NCBI GenBank assembly: GCA_023473585.1
Contig: JAMCYU010000001.1
Coordinates: forward strand, 2,507 to 66,506
Direction of reading: 5' to 3'
From: Patescibacteria group bacterium
Lineage (GTDB): Bacteria > Patescibacteriota > Microgenomatia > JAMCYU01
Length of the DNA stretch: 64,000 nt
This document shows, piece by piece, positions 1-9,530 of this stretch (position 1 is its first letter; each line of letters starts with the position of its first letter). A model generated the notes under the pieces. That model did not search any database, was not told the origin of the DNA, and was given only the letters and a program-made list of their open reading frames with translations. Both the position numbers and the translations under genes were made by a program.

Positions 1-754
1 GCTTTTGTAAATGGGGCGGCAAAGAAGAAACAAAAGATAAGAGTTTTTCATAATCCTCGTAAGTCTTTGTTTCTCCGCACTGGTGAATAATCTGATATTT
101 TTCCAGAAGTTTGGGTAAAATGGCGATCATGGCCTCGTTAAGAACATGAGCCCCTAAATTGCCGCCCGTGATATAAACAAGCGGCAGTTTTTCGTTAAAC
201 AGATTCTGAAAATTATCCGCTGTTGGCGTAAAAATTTCCTTTCTTAGCGGATTTCCGGTATAAACAACCTTTCCCGCCGGCAAACCGGTCGTTGTTTTTT
301 CCCAAGAAAGGCAAATTTTGTCAGCGACCTTAGCAATCAAATCATTGGCTAACCCGGAGACCGCGCTTTGTTCATGAGTCACAATGGGAATTCGTAAAAA
401 CCAGCCGGCGAAAGCAACCGGTAAAGCTAAATAGCCGCCGAAAGAAAGGATAAGATTGGGCTTGTATTTTCTTAAATAATAAAAACTTTGGATTAAGCCT
501 AGGGGAATTTTTAAAAGAGAGGAAAGAGTGTAACGCGAAAAATTTCTTTGTAATCTGCCGGTTGTCAGGGAAACAAAATCAATTCCCAATTCTTTAATGA
601 CCCGATACTCTGTTGATAAAGTTTTGTCCCCCTCAAGGGCATATTTTCGTCCCAAAAAAATTATCTGCCAGCCGTTTTCCCGCAACTTCGGCAAAACAGA
701 GAGGGCCGGCGTCAGGTGACCTCCGGTTATGATGATTTTTTTTGTGCTAGACAT
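1..754 (-). CDS. murG: Undecaprenyl-PP-MurNAc-pentapeptide GlcNAc transferase MurG (partial, runs off the left edge)
   Basis: Not in the ORF track. Manual translation from ATG at 754 gives MSSTKKIIITGGHLTPA...SFGGYLALP...THEQS...VYTGNPLR...ITGGNLGA, all MurG motifs; lies directly downstream of ftsW. Confidence 0.93.
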   Translation of the reverse strand, partial: MSSTKKIIITGGHLTPALSVLPKLRENGWQIIFLGRKYALEGDKTLSTEYRVIKELGIDFVSLTTGRLQRNFSRYTLSSLLKIPLGLIQSFYYLRKYKPNLILSFGGYLALPVAFAGWFLRIPIVTHEQSAVSGLANDLIAKVADKICLSWEKTTTGLPAGKVVYTGNPLRKEIFTPTADNFQNLFNEKLPLVYITGGNLGAHVLNEAMIAILPKLLEKYQIIHQCGETKTYEDYEKLLSFVSSLPPHLQK

Positions 755-1863
755 TGTTTGCTTATGTTTAAAAGGATTCCCACACCTGTCAGCGTCACGA
801 CTAAATTTGAACCGCCATAAGAAACAAAAGGCAGCGGCACTCCGGTTAAAGGCAAAAGCGCGACCATTGATCCTAGGTTAATAATCGCCTGGGTACTTAT
901 CCAAAAAGAAATACCGTAAGCCAAAAGCTGGCCGAAACGATCGGGAGCCAAAAGAGCAATTTTAATCCCCCGCCAAAGAATAAAAACAAAAAGAGCAATG
1001 ACTAAAATAGCTCCGATAAAACCTATCTCTTCGCCAATAATCGCAAAAATGGAATCGGTCATCGCTTCCGGCAGATACTCAAATTTTTGGCGTGATTTGC
1101 CTAAACCCAGACCCCAGAAACCGCCCGAACCAAAAGCCAAAAGAACCTGGCGGATATGATAGGAAGCTCCTAAAGGATCGTTGGCGGGATTAAAAAAAGT
1201 GACCAGGCGCCGAAGCCTGTAAGGCGAAACCACCGCCAAAGCCAAAATGCCGCCGAAGATTCCCGGAGCTAAAAGCCCAAAATGCCACCACGGAGCGCCA
1301 GACAGAAAATAAAGAATTACTGCCAGAACACAAATAACAATGGCGGTACCTAAATCAGGCTCAGCAATGACTAAACCAACGATCAAAGAACAAAGAGTCA
1401 CAAAGGCGAAGAGTCTCTCCCGCTCTTTAGAGGAAAACCACGCTGATAAATAAATCACCAGAGCCAGTTTGGCCGCTTCCGCCGGCTGGAGAGTAAAAGC
1501 TCTAAAATCAAGCCAGCGATGAGCCCCCAAGGCTTTAAGGCCCAAACCGGGAAGGAAAACAGCCAATAAAAGAATAATCGTTATAAAAATAAGCGGCAAA
1601 GCTAAGGAATAAAGCCGGTGATAATCAAAAAAGGAGAAAAAAAACATTAAAGTCAGTCCCAAAAAAAGCCATTGGCTTTGATCTTTAAGATAATGGTATT
1701 TATCGCCGAAATCCCGAAAAGCCGAAACCGAAGAAGCTTCAAAAATAAAAACTAATCCCAAAAGGCAGGTTGTAAAAACCGCCAAAAAAAGCGGCAAGTC
1801 TATTCTTTTTTTTTGACTGTGCAAAGCCAAAGACATTCTTCTTTTAGATTGAAAAAACAACAT
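727..1863 (-). CDS. ftsW: SEDS family peptidoglycan polymerase FtsW
   Basis: Multi-TM protein with RW, QPAEAAK, EPDLGT, LPEAMTDSIF and PLTGVPLPFVSYGGS. Start more likely 1863 or 1836 than the track's 1938. Confidence 0.92.
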   Translation of the reverse strand: MLFFQSKRRMSLALHSQKKRIDLPLFLAVFTTCLLGLVFIFEASSVSAFRDFGDKYHYLKDQSQWLFLGLTLMFFFSFFDYHRLYSLALPLIFITIILLLAVFLPGLGLKALGAHRWLDFRAFTLQPAEAAKLALVIYLSAWFSSKERERLFAFVTLCSLIVGLVIAEPDLGTAIVICVLAVILYFLSGAPWWHFGLLAPGIFGGILALAVVSPYRLRRLVTFFNPANDPLGASYHIRQVLLAFGSGGFWGLGLGKSRQKFEYLPEAMTDSIFAIIGEEIGFIGAILVIALFVFILWRGIKIALLAPDRFGQLLAYGISFWISTQAIINLGSMVALLPLTGVPLPFVSYGGSNLVVTLTGVGILLNISKQCLAQKKSS

Positions 1864-3172
1864 GATTAAATTGTTCTCCTCGGTCAAATTCGTTTTTAAA
1901 CATCCCAAAAGAAGCGCACCCCGGAGATAAGATAACATAATCGCCAGGTTCGGCTGTCATTTTGGCTTGGATGACGGCTTTTTGCAGATCATCAAATTTT
2001 CCCAAAATTTTTATTTTCGATTTTTGACGCTTAACTTCTGATAATAATTCATCGGTAGCCGTCCCTTCAAGAAAAATGACGGCCTTAGCTCTTCTACTGA
2101 TTTCCCCAGCTAATTCCTTAAGATCAAGATTTTTACTTGAACCGCCAGCTAAGAGAATAATCTTTTTATCCTGGTAAGCTTTAAGAGCTTTAATGGTCGC
2201 GATTGGAGTCGTGCTGGTGGTATCGTTGACAAAAGTCACTCCTCCAAGCGAACGAATTTCTTCCAATCTAAAGGGAACGCCCGGAAAACCCATCAGGGCT
2301 TTCTCTGTTATCCTCTGGTCAATTTCTAAGACTTTCGCCACCTGATAGGCCGCCGCCACGTTTTCTAAATTGTGCTCGCCTTTTAATTTTAATTGAGAAA
2401 CAAGTGATTTTGGCAGGTCGCTTTTTTTAAAAAACACTCTTTTTGACTTGGCTTCCCGAGCCAGATCAAGACATGTTTTGTTTTCAAAATTTAAAACCAG
2501 GAAATCATTTTCCTCTTGATATTTAAAAATGATTTTTTTGTCCTGAAGATATGCTTCCATGTTTTGGTAACGATTTAAGTGGTCGGGGTAAATATTAGTG
2601 AGAACGGCCAAGTGGGGGCTGATTTTATCTTCGTCTAAACCCTGAAGCTGCCATGAAGAAAGCTCCAAAACGACTTTGGTTTGAGGAGTCATTTTGTCTA
2701 GCAAGGAAAGAGTGGCGACGCCGCGAAGATTGCCTCCAAGCAGTGTTTTGTAACCCGAGGCTTCTAAAATTTTACCGATTAAATGAGTCGTCGTCGTTTT
2801 ACCTCGTGTTCCGGTCACGCCGATGATGTTTTTCCGATGGGGACAGAGTTTAAAAAACAAGCTTTCGTCCATTTCGACGGGAACGTGGTGTTTTCTAGCG
2901 ACGGCTAAGGAAGGAGAATCTTTAGAAACATCAGGATTACGAATGACAAGATCAGAATTGATAAAATCTTCTTCCCTGTGTTTGCCTAAGATATAAGTTA
3001 TCGGTAAATCACGCAAAAGGTCAAGAGAGGTTTTTAATTCTTTGGCGGTTTTAAGATCCGTGACCTTAACTTTAGCCCCTTTTTCGGCAAAAAACCGCGC
3101 CACACCAACCCCGCCACCTTGAATTCCCAACCCCATCACTAAAATCCGTTGTCCAGAAAAATTCATAAACAT
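1844..3172 (-). CDS. murD: UDP-MurNAc-L-Ala:D-Glu ligase
   Basis: GLGIQGG, P-loop GVTGTRGKTTT, LELSSWQL, NDTTSTTP, LSPGCASFGMFKNEFDRGEQF. Confidence 0.95.
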   Translation of the reverse strand: MFMNFSGQRILVMGLGIQGGGVGVARFFAEKGAKVKVTDLKTAKELKTSLDLLRDLPITYILGKHREEDFINSDLVIRNPDVSKDSPSLAVARKHHVPVEMDESLFFKLCPHRKNIIGVTGTRGKTTTTHLIGKILEASGYKTLLGGNLRGVATLSLLDKMTPQTKVVLELSSWQLQGLDEDKISPHLAVLTNIYPDHLNRYQNMEAYLQDKKIIFKYQEENDFLVLNFENKTCLDLAREAKSKRVFFKKSDLPKSLVSQLKLKGEHNLENVAAAYQVAKVLEIDQRITEKALMGFPGVPFRLEEIRSLGGVTFVNDTTSTTPIATIKALKAYQDKKIILLAGGSSKNLDLKELAGEISRRAKAVIFLEGTATDELLSEVKRQKSKIKILGKFDDLQKAVIQAKMTAEPGDYVILSPGCASFGMFKNEFDRGEQFNHVVFSI

Positions 3173-3194
3173 CTTTATTTAGTTTGTTTTACTT

Positions 3195-3200
3195 ATTATA
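3195..3200 (-). promoter_or_regulatory. Putative -10 element (TATAAT) upstream of murD
   Basis: Perfect TATAAT on the minus strand in the 62-nt mraY-murD gap. Confidence 0.45.
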
Positions 3201-3234
3201 CTATTTTAAGAAGCTTCGGAGCAAAAAGAGCTTG

Positions 3235-4269
3235 TCAGGTCATGGCGGCAAGAAAAAGGCCAAAAACAGCCAAAACGATACCGGCTAACCAAAATCTCAT
3301 GACCACCGTTGGCTCTTCCCAACCTTTTTCCTGAAACCAAAGATGAATAGGGGCCACGGAAAAAATTTTTTTGCCGAAGAATCTCTTGCTTAAAAGTTGC
3401 ACAAGCGACGAAGTTACCTCGGCCACAAAGATGCCTCCGATAATAACCAGGGCGATCGGTTTGCCTAAAATAAGACCGATGACGGCCAGAGTGGCACCGA
3501 AAGGCAGGGCGCCGGTATCACCTAAAAAAATTCTGGCCGGATGAATATTAAAATACAAAAAGGCAATCAAACTCCCGATCCAAAGAGCAATAAAGATCGC
3601 CAGGGGAACGTCCAGGATGCCGGCGGAAATGACCCAGAAAGACGTCAGGCAAATAAGCAAAAGCCCCGAAGCTAAACCGTCAAGTCCGTCGGTGATATTA
3701 AAGGCATTGGCAAAAGCGGTGATGACGAAAGCGGCAAAGGGAATGTAAATCCAGTCTAGGGTCAGAAGCCCAAAAAAAGTAATATTAACGATTTTAATCT
3801 GTAATTCACTGTAGAGCCAAAAGGCCACGATGCCCGACAAGAGAAGCTCCAGGATTAATTTATGGCGGATTCTTAGTCCGAAAAAATTCTCCGAAGCACC
3901 GGGAAACGTTTTTTTAATATCATCAAAAAGACCTAAAAGGCCAAAAGAAAGAAAAGTTAAAAGAAGAATTCTTACCTCCGCCAACAAAGGATAGACCGAA
4001 GTGATAGGAACCCAAAAATAGGGCAACATAAAAATCGCGCCAAGAAAAAGCAGCGGCGTTAAAATTAAGGTTAACAAGCCTCCGCCTACCGGTATACCGG
4101 CTTTCCGGGCGTGAAGCTTATCAAAAATAGGGGTGAGTTTCCCGAAAATATCGCGAGTTTCCTGCTGTTGTCTTTGAAAACGAATTTTGTATAAAAGATT
4201 AATAAAGGGAACAAAAAGAAAACTATTAATAAGAAACGAGAAAATCAGTAAACCTAAAAGGATAGCCAT
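3235..4269 (-). CDS. mraY: Phospho-MurNAc-pentapeptide translocase MraY
   Basis: GLFDD, NAFNITDGLDGL, FNIHPARIFLGDTG and about 10 TM segments. Likely start is ATG 4269 (MAILLG); the track's upstream extension overlaps dgkA. Confidence 0.92.
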   Translation of the reverse strand: MAILLGLLIFSFLINSFLFVPFINLLYKIRFQRQQQETRDIFGKLTPIFDKLHARKAGIPVGGGLLTLILTPLLFLGAIFMLPYFWVPITSVYPLLAEVRILLLTFLSFGLLGLFDDIKKTFPGASENFFGLRIRHKLILELLLSGIVAFWLYSELQIKIVNITFFGLLTLDWIYIPFAAFVITAFANAFNITDGLDGLASGLLLICLTSFWVISAGILDVPLAIFIALWIGSLIAFLYFNIHPARIFLGDTGALPFGATLAVIGLILGKPIALVIIGGIFVAEVTSSLVQLLSKRFFGKKIFSVAPIHLWFQEKGWEEPTVVMRFWLAGIVLAVFGLFLAAMT

Positions 4270-4637
4270 GGAAGCCTTTCTAAGATTTTGGGTCCTAAGA
4301 TAAGAAGGGCAATAATGGTTGCCCCGATCGCGGTTAAAAGCATCATGCCGGCGGCAACGTCTTTCGCGGTCTTTGCCGACTCCCGCCATTCGGTCGTCAC
4401 CAAATCGGTGACTGATTCAATGGCCGTATTCATCATTTCCGTAGCCAAACCTATAAACGTCACCAAAACCAAAATCGTCATCTCGATAAAAGAAATCCCA
4501 AGAAAAAATCCCGATAAAATCGCCGCCGTGGCCAGAAAAACGTGGATTTTAAAATTTGGCTGGGAGGTTAAAGCGTAAGATAAACCGGCAAAAGCATTTT
4601 TAAAAGAAATATGATGTCGCTTCAAAGTTTCTACCAT
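4254..4637 (-). CDS. dgkA: DgkA-family membrane kinase (probable undecaprenol kinase)
   Basis: SFKNAFAG...QPNFKIH...EMMNTAIESVTD...AKDVAAG in a 127-aa, 3-TM protein. Confidence 0.88.
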   Translation of the reverse strand: MVETLKRHHISFKNAFAGLSYALTSQPNFKIHVFLATAAILSGFFLGISFIEMTILVLVTFIGLATEMMNTAIESVTDLVTTEWRESAKTAKDVAAGMMLLTAIGATIIALLILGPKILERLPWLSF

Positions 4638-4644
4638 AGAAAAA

Positions 4645-5883
4645 TTATACTCGTTTTTGCAACTCGGAGCAAGAAAGACAAGAATTATAATAATGACAGG
4701 AAATAACCTTACAGAAAACGGCTTTTTTTTCTAAAAGAAAAATTATCCTTTCTAAATGTTTCAGCAACGAACCCTTAAGATACCATAAGTCTTCCGGCCG
4801 AAGAAGATTTTCCAAGATTTCTGCGACTTCCTGAACGTCTTTGGCCCAAAAAATATGCGACTTTTCCATGCCTGTTTTCTTAGCCGCTTGAGTCGTCAGT
4901 TTCTGCAGAGGTCCGACGCCGACGAAAAAATCAATTTTAAGTCCGGCGATAAATTTGCCCAAGTTTTGATGTTCTTCCAAAGCATATTGCCCCAACTCTC
5001 CCATTTCCCCCAAGACGGCAATTTTTCTCCCCCGGCAGGGGAGAATCATTAGTGTTTCTAAACCTGCCCTGACCGAGGCCGGATTAGCTCTTAAATGATC
5101 ATCCAGAATAATTGTTCCCAGCGGTCCTTTTTCTAAGCTTAATCTTCCTGAAAGAGGCTTAATCTCCCCTAGTCCCCTTTTTATTTGCTTCGTGGTTAAT
5201 CCGTAAATTAAGCCCGCGGCGGCGGTGGCGAGTCCCTCGTGAACGGCATGTTGACCCAAAAGGCCTATCTTAAGGTCTAAATCGGTCACGCCAAATTGTC
5301 TGGCGTGAAGCTTAAAAGAAGTTCCCGTCAACCCCGCCTCAATTTCATCAGCCCAAAAGTCACAAGCCTTATCGGTCCCGTACCATAAAACTTTAGCCCT
5401 GGTTCTTTCGGCCATTTTTCTTACCAAGACGTCGTCAAAATTAAGAATTGCCCAACCATTAGAAGGCAAAGCTTTAAGCAGTTTTGCCTTCTCTTCCATG
5501 ATCCCTTCAATCGAACCTAATAATTCCGGTTCGGAATGAACCGGCGAAATGCCGGTCAAAACGGCTATTTGGGGATTAAAAAGAGAAAGGTGTTTATCCA
5601 TTTCGCCGCGGTGATCAACGCCGCACTCTAAAACCAAAACCTCGTGCCCGGGTCTAAGTTTAAGAAGCGTCATCGGCAGGTTATAGACCGTATCCAAATT
5701 AAGATCGGTCTGCAGGGTTTTATACTTCTGACTTAAAACGTAAGTGATGGCTCTTACCGTGTTCGTTTTGCCGAAAGAACCGGTGACAGCGATAATCTTC
5801 AGATGAGGAAAAAGTTTTAACCAGTTTTTAGCCAACTGGCGACGAAGAGAGTGAAATGGCTGTTTCCACGAGGTGTTTTCCAT
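4645..5883 (-). CDS. murF: UDP-MurNAc-tripeptide:D-Ala-D-Ala ligase MurF (N-terminal domain absent, Cys-rich C-terminal tail)
   Basis: AVTGSFGKT, LECGVDHRGEM, DDHLRANPAS, VLGEMGELG, LKGS; adjacent to ddl. ATG at 5883 preferred over TTG at 5928. Confidence 0.88.
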   Translation of the reverse strand: MENTSWKQPFHSLRRQLAKNWLKLFPHLKIIAVTGSFGKTNTVRAITYVLSQKYKTLQTDLNLDTVYNLPMTLLKLRPGHEVLVLECGVDHRGEMDKHLSLFNPQIAVLTGISPVHSEPELLGSIEGIMEEKAKLLKALPSNGWAILNFDDVLVRKMAERTRAKVLWYGTDKACDFWADEIEAGLTGTSFKLHARQFGVTDLDLKIGLLGQHAVHEGLATAAAGLIYGLTTKQIKRGLGEIKPLSGRLSLEKGPLGTIILDDHLRANPASVRAGLETLMILPCRGRKIAVLGEMGELGQYALEEHQNLGKFIAGLKIDFFVGVGPLQKLTTQAAKKTGMEKSHIFWAKDVQEVAEILENLLRPEDLWYLKGSLLKHLERIIFLLEKKAVFCKVISCHYYNSCLSCSELQKRV

Positions 5884-5902
5884 TAACGTAATTTTACCAC
5901 AT

Positions 5903-6937
5903 TTAGCTTTTTTGAAGGGCAAGCTCAATAAGTTTTTCCAGAAGTTTGGGGTATGACATTCGCACCCCCTTGGCTTCCTTGGGCACGATGGAAGCTGAGG
6001 TTAAACCGGGAAGGGTATTAATTTCCAAAGCGTAAGGTTTTTGGCCGACGAGGATAAATTCCACCCGCGCCACGCCCCTGGCCCCAATGGTTTTAAAGAT
6101 CCTGACGGACAGACCCTGAAGCGTTTTTGTCATCTTTGACGAAAGCCTGGCCGGCACAATTTCTTCTGCTTTGCCCTTAATATATTTAGCCTCATAATCA
6201 AAAAACTCGTTTTTAGGCAAAATCTCCGCTAAAGGCAAAGCCTGAGGATTGGCGTTGCCCAAAACGGCACAGCTTATTTCCCTCCCCTTAAGATACTCTT
6301 CAACTAAGACCGGCTCGGAATAAGCAAAGGCCAAATCTAAAGCTTTCTTCAGTTCTTCCTTGCCATGAACGACTGAGGCTCCGACACTTGAACCCTGATT
6401 ACAAGGTTTAACAAAAACCGGCGGCTTTTTAAAAAAACGCCAAATTAATTCCGGCGGATCATTTTTTCTGAAAACCAGGTATCGAGGAAAAGGAATTTTT
6501 TCAGAAGCCAGAACTTTTCTAAACATAATTTTGTCCATACCCAAAGCGCTAGCCAAAACGCCTGAGCCGGTATAGGGTATATTTAAAAGCTCAAGTAGTC
6601 CCTGAATAGTGCCATCTTCCCCGTAAGGACCATGCATGGCCAAAAAAGCGACATCAATTTTTTGTTCGTTAAGAATTGTCTGATTTTGAAGAGGAATTGT
6701 TTCCAAAGAAGATTGTTCTTTCTTTTGGTCAGGAAGGCGATGAACAATCGTGTCCAGTTCCAAAAACTTATTTAAAGGTAAAGGTTGCCATCTTTGACCG
6801 TCGCGGGAAATAACGACGGGCAAAACTTCAAACTTTTCCTTATTAAGATAAGCCACGACTTCTCTGCCTGTGGCCAAAGAAACGTCATACTCCGGCGTCC
6901 GGCCGCCCATCAAAACCGCAACTTTAATCTTTTTCAT
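5903..6937 (-). CDS. ddl: D-alanine--D-alanine ligase
   Basis: GGRTPEYDVS, HGPYGEDGTIQG, GSSVG, FFDYEAKY, EINTLPG. Confidence 0.96.
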   Translation of the reverse strand: MKKIKVAVLMGGRTPEYDVSLATGREVVAYLNKEKFEVLPVVISRDGQRWQPLPLNKFLELDTIVHRLPDQKKEQSSLETIPLQNQTILNEQKIDVAFLAMHGPYGEDGTIQGLLELLNIPYTGSGVLASALGMDKIMFRKVLASEKIPFPRYLVFRKNDPPELIWRFFKKPPVFVKPCNQGSSVGASVVHGKEELKKALDLAFAYSEPVLVEEYLKGREISCAVLGNANPQALPLAEILPKNEFFDYEAKYIKGKAEEIVPARLSSKMTKTLQGLSVRIFKTIGARGVARVEFILVGQKPYALEINTLPGLTSASIVPKEAKGVRMSYPKLLEKLIELALQKS

Positions 6938-6954
6938 GAGTTAACTAGAAAAAA

Positions 6955-8202
6955 TTATTTAACTTGTTTATTTTTAAATTCGGTAAAATATTTTGTCCCC
7001 GGCAAAACGTCATCAAAAACAAAAGTCCCGGGTCCGACGACGGCGTTTTTCCCGATGATCGTCCCAGGCATGGTTCCGACCCCGATACCGGTATAGACAT
7101 TCTCGCCCAAAATAACGCCAAAATCGTCAAGTCCCGTCTCAACCTTTTTCCCTTTTATTTTAACTTTAATCACTTGTCTGTCAAAACGCCGGTTGGCCGT
7201 CGTAAAATTGTGAGCCAAACGACAACCCTCACCGATAATGGACGAGGCCACGAAACCGCTGCCAAGCGTGGCTCCGGGCAAGAAAACACTATTTTTAATT
7301 TCCGAAAAAGCTCCGACCCTGGCGTTTTCTTCCAGGACCGCTCCGTCCCTAATTAAGGAATTGTTGCCCACCAAAACGTTCTTGCCTAAATAAACAGGGC
7401 CTTTAATGACGGCATTTTCGTGAATCGTCACGCCGTCCTCAATCTTCATTTTTCCCACCAAAATAACCCCTTTGCCGATTTTGGCCCCCCGACTGATTTG
7501 ATGGGGCATTTTTTCTAATAAATAATCCTTAACGGCCAAAAGATCCCAAGGATATTTTAAGGAAACCGGTTTCGCTTGCGTTTTGACAACTTTAACTTTT
7601 TTAAGTTTCATATATTGATCAAGAGCTGTCTCAAACTGATACTGATCTCTCGGAGTTTTTGCCAAAACAGGCAAGAAATCTTTCGTTAAAAGATAGATCC
7701 CGACAACGCAGGTTCGACTAGATTCCTGGCTTTTCGGCGGTTTTTCTATAAGTCTTAAGGCCTGATCGTCTTGAAGATCCAAAACCCCAAACTCCCAAAA
7801 ATTTTCTTTTTCTTCGGCTAATAAGACGGCATCGGCTTCTCTTTTTTTCTCGATCATCAACTGGCTGAAATTATCAATATCCAAATGATGTGCGTTAAGC
7901 AAGAAAAATTCTTCCTGAAGATGATCCCTGGCTTTTAATAGAGCATCCCCCATACCCAGGGGCTTGTCTTGAGTCACGTAAGTTATGGCCACACCGAACT
8001 TTTTTCCGTCACCAAAATAATTTTTAATCTGGGGATCGCCGGTTTCAACCAGAATGATTTTTTTGATCGCCAATTTTGCCAAGGCTTCAATGGTCCAAGC
8101 CAAAATGGGTTTCCCCATTAAAGGAATCAGACATTTAGGCCTTCCTTCGGAAAGCGGATAAAAACGGGTTGAGGCTCCGGCCGCTAAAATCACGGCTTGC
8201 AT
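6955..8202 (-). CDS. glmU: Bifunctional sugar-1-phosphate nucleotidylyltransferase/acetyltransferase (archaeal-type GlmU-like)
   Basis: N-terminal ILAAGASTRFYP..PK NTP-transferase domain, YPWDLL linker and C-terminal hexapeptide beta-helix; adjacent to murA. Confidence 0.72.
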   Translation of the reverse strand: MQAVILAAGASTRFYPLSEGRPKCLIPLMGKPILAWTIEALAKLAIKKIILVETGDPQIKNYFGDGKKFGVAITYVTQDKPLGMGDALLKARDHLQEEFFLLNAHHLDIDNFSQLMIEKKREADAVLLAEEKENFWEFGVLDLQDDQALRLIEKPPKSQESSRTCVVGIYLLTKDFLPVLAKTPRDQYQFETALDQYMKLKKVKVVKTQAKPVSLKYPWDLLAVKDYLLEKMPHQISRGAKIGKGVILVGKMKIEDGVTIHENAVIKGPVYLGKNVLVGNNSLIRDGAVLEENARVGAFSEIKNSVFLPGATLGSGFVASSIIGEGCRLAHNFTTANRRFDRQVIKVKIKGKKVETGLDDFGVILGENVYTGIGVGTMPGTIIGKNAVVGPGTFVFDDVLPGTKYFTEFKNKQVK

Positions 8203-8204
8203 AA

Positions 8205-9530
8205 TTATTCCCTCCTTTGAATTTTAGCTCCAATTTTTGTCAGACGAGATTCAAAATTTTCGTATCCCCGGTCAATGTGCTCGACCCCTAATAAAATACT
8301 TTCACCCCGAGCGACTAAAGCTCCCAAAACAAGCGTGGCTCCGGCCCTTAAATCAGGAATTGACAAAACGGCATTATGAAGCGTCGTTGGTCCCGTTACT
8401 TTAATCGCGTGGAAATTTCCCGGCCTGTCGTCTTCCGGATTAAAGTTGTAAAAAGTTTCCCGATTCGGAACCGGAGGATTAAAAAAAGAAATTTTGGCTC
8501 CCATTTTAATCAGCTGCTCAACATATTGGAAGCGGCTTTCATAAACCGTTTCGTGAATAATGGCTTCTCCTTCTGCTTGGGTCATTAAAACCGCCCAGGG
8601 CGCCTGCCAGTCGGTCATAAACCCCGGATGAGGAGAAGAAACGACATGAGCGCTTTTTAAGGATTTTTGGTAGTAAAATTTTATTCCCTGTTCTTGTGGT
8701 TCCCAACCGGCTCCAATTTCGGTCAGTTTCTCAAGAAAGATTTTTAAGTTTTGGGGCGATGTTCCCTTAACCAAGACATGACCGCGGGTCACCAAGGCGG
8801 CAATCGCAAAGGTGACGGCTTCGTTGCGATCTGACATGATTTTATAATTTGTTCCCTTGAGTTTCTTAACCCCTTCGATCACAATTTTTCTTGGTTCTGT
8901 CCGCCTGATCTTGGCTCCCATCTTGTTTAAGAGGTTAATCAAGTCATCAACTTCAGGTTCGGCGGCCGCATTTTCCAAAATCGTGGTCCCGGCAGCCAAG
9001 ACAGCGGCGAGAATCACCATTTCCGTTCCGGTATGGGTATTTTTGGCAAACTTAAACGTCTTGCCTTGAAATTTACTGACAACAGCGTGAAAATAACCAT
9101 CAGTACTCTCATAGGTAATTTTGGCTCCTAATTGACATAAGGCTTCAATTGACCGCTCGATCGGTCTGGCCCCGATCCGGCAACCTCCCGGATTGGGGAT
9201 TTCCGCTTCGCCAAAACGGGTTAAAAGAGGAACAAGCATCAGAAAAGAGGTCCGCAGTTTGGCGGCAATGTCTAAGGGAATCGGCCGGTTCTTAATTCTG
9301 GCCGCCGAAAGAGTGAGGGTATGATCGTTTTTAAGATTAACTTCAACGCCTAAACCCTTGGCCATCTCCAACATCAACGAGAGATCCGCAATGAGGGGGA
9401 CATTTTCCAGTCTAACTTCCTCATCGGTTAAAAGCGCCGCCGCGATCGCCGGCAAAACCACGTTTTTGGCGCCAGAAATCTCCACCTCGCCCTGAAGAGC
9501 AAAACCACCGTTAATGGTGTATTCAGCCAT
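8205..9530 (-). CDS. murA: UDP-GlcNAc 1-carboxyvinyltransferase
   Basis: GAKN, PGGCRIGARP (catalytic Cys), NAAAEPEV, PHPGFMTD, DLRAGA, IDRGYE. Confidence 0.97.
   Translation of the reverse strand: MAEYTINGGFALQGEVEISGAKNVVLPAIAAALLTDEEVRLENVPLIADLSLMLEMAKGLGVEVNLKNDHTLTLSAARIKNRPIPLDIAAKLRTSFLMLVPLLTRFGEAEIPNPGGCRIGARPIERSIEALCQLGAKITYESTDGYFHAVVSKFQGKTFKFAKNTHTGTEMVILAAVLAAGTTILENAAAEPEVDDLINLLNKMGAKIRRTEPRKIVIEGVKKLKGTNYKIMSDRNEAVTFAIAALVTRGHVLVKGTSPQNLKIFLEKLTEIGAGWEPQEQGIKFYYQKSLKSAHVVSSPHPGFMTDWQAPWAVLMTQAEGEAIIHETVYESRFQYVEQLIKMGAKISFFNPPVPNRETFYNFNPEDDRPGNFHAIKVTGPTTLHNAVLSIPDLRAGATLVLGALVARGESILLGVEHIDRGYENFESRLTKIGAKIQRRE

Noticed and set aside
1783-1815. A8/T9 homopolymers as phase-variation tracts
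   Set aside because: Such runs are common throughout this AT-rich sequence, and the reading frames containing them are intact.
1864-4389. Long N-terminal extensions of ftsW and mraY in the ORF track (likewise recO, GT2s at 26883 and 33318, methyltransferase at 53654)
   Set aside because: They overlap upstream genes and are non-homologous; downstream ATGs give normal proteins.
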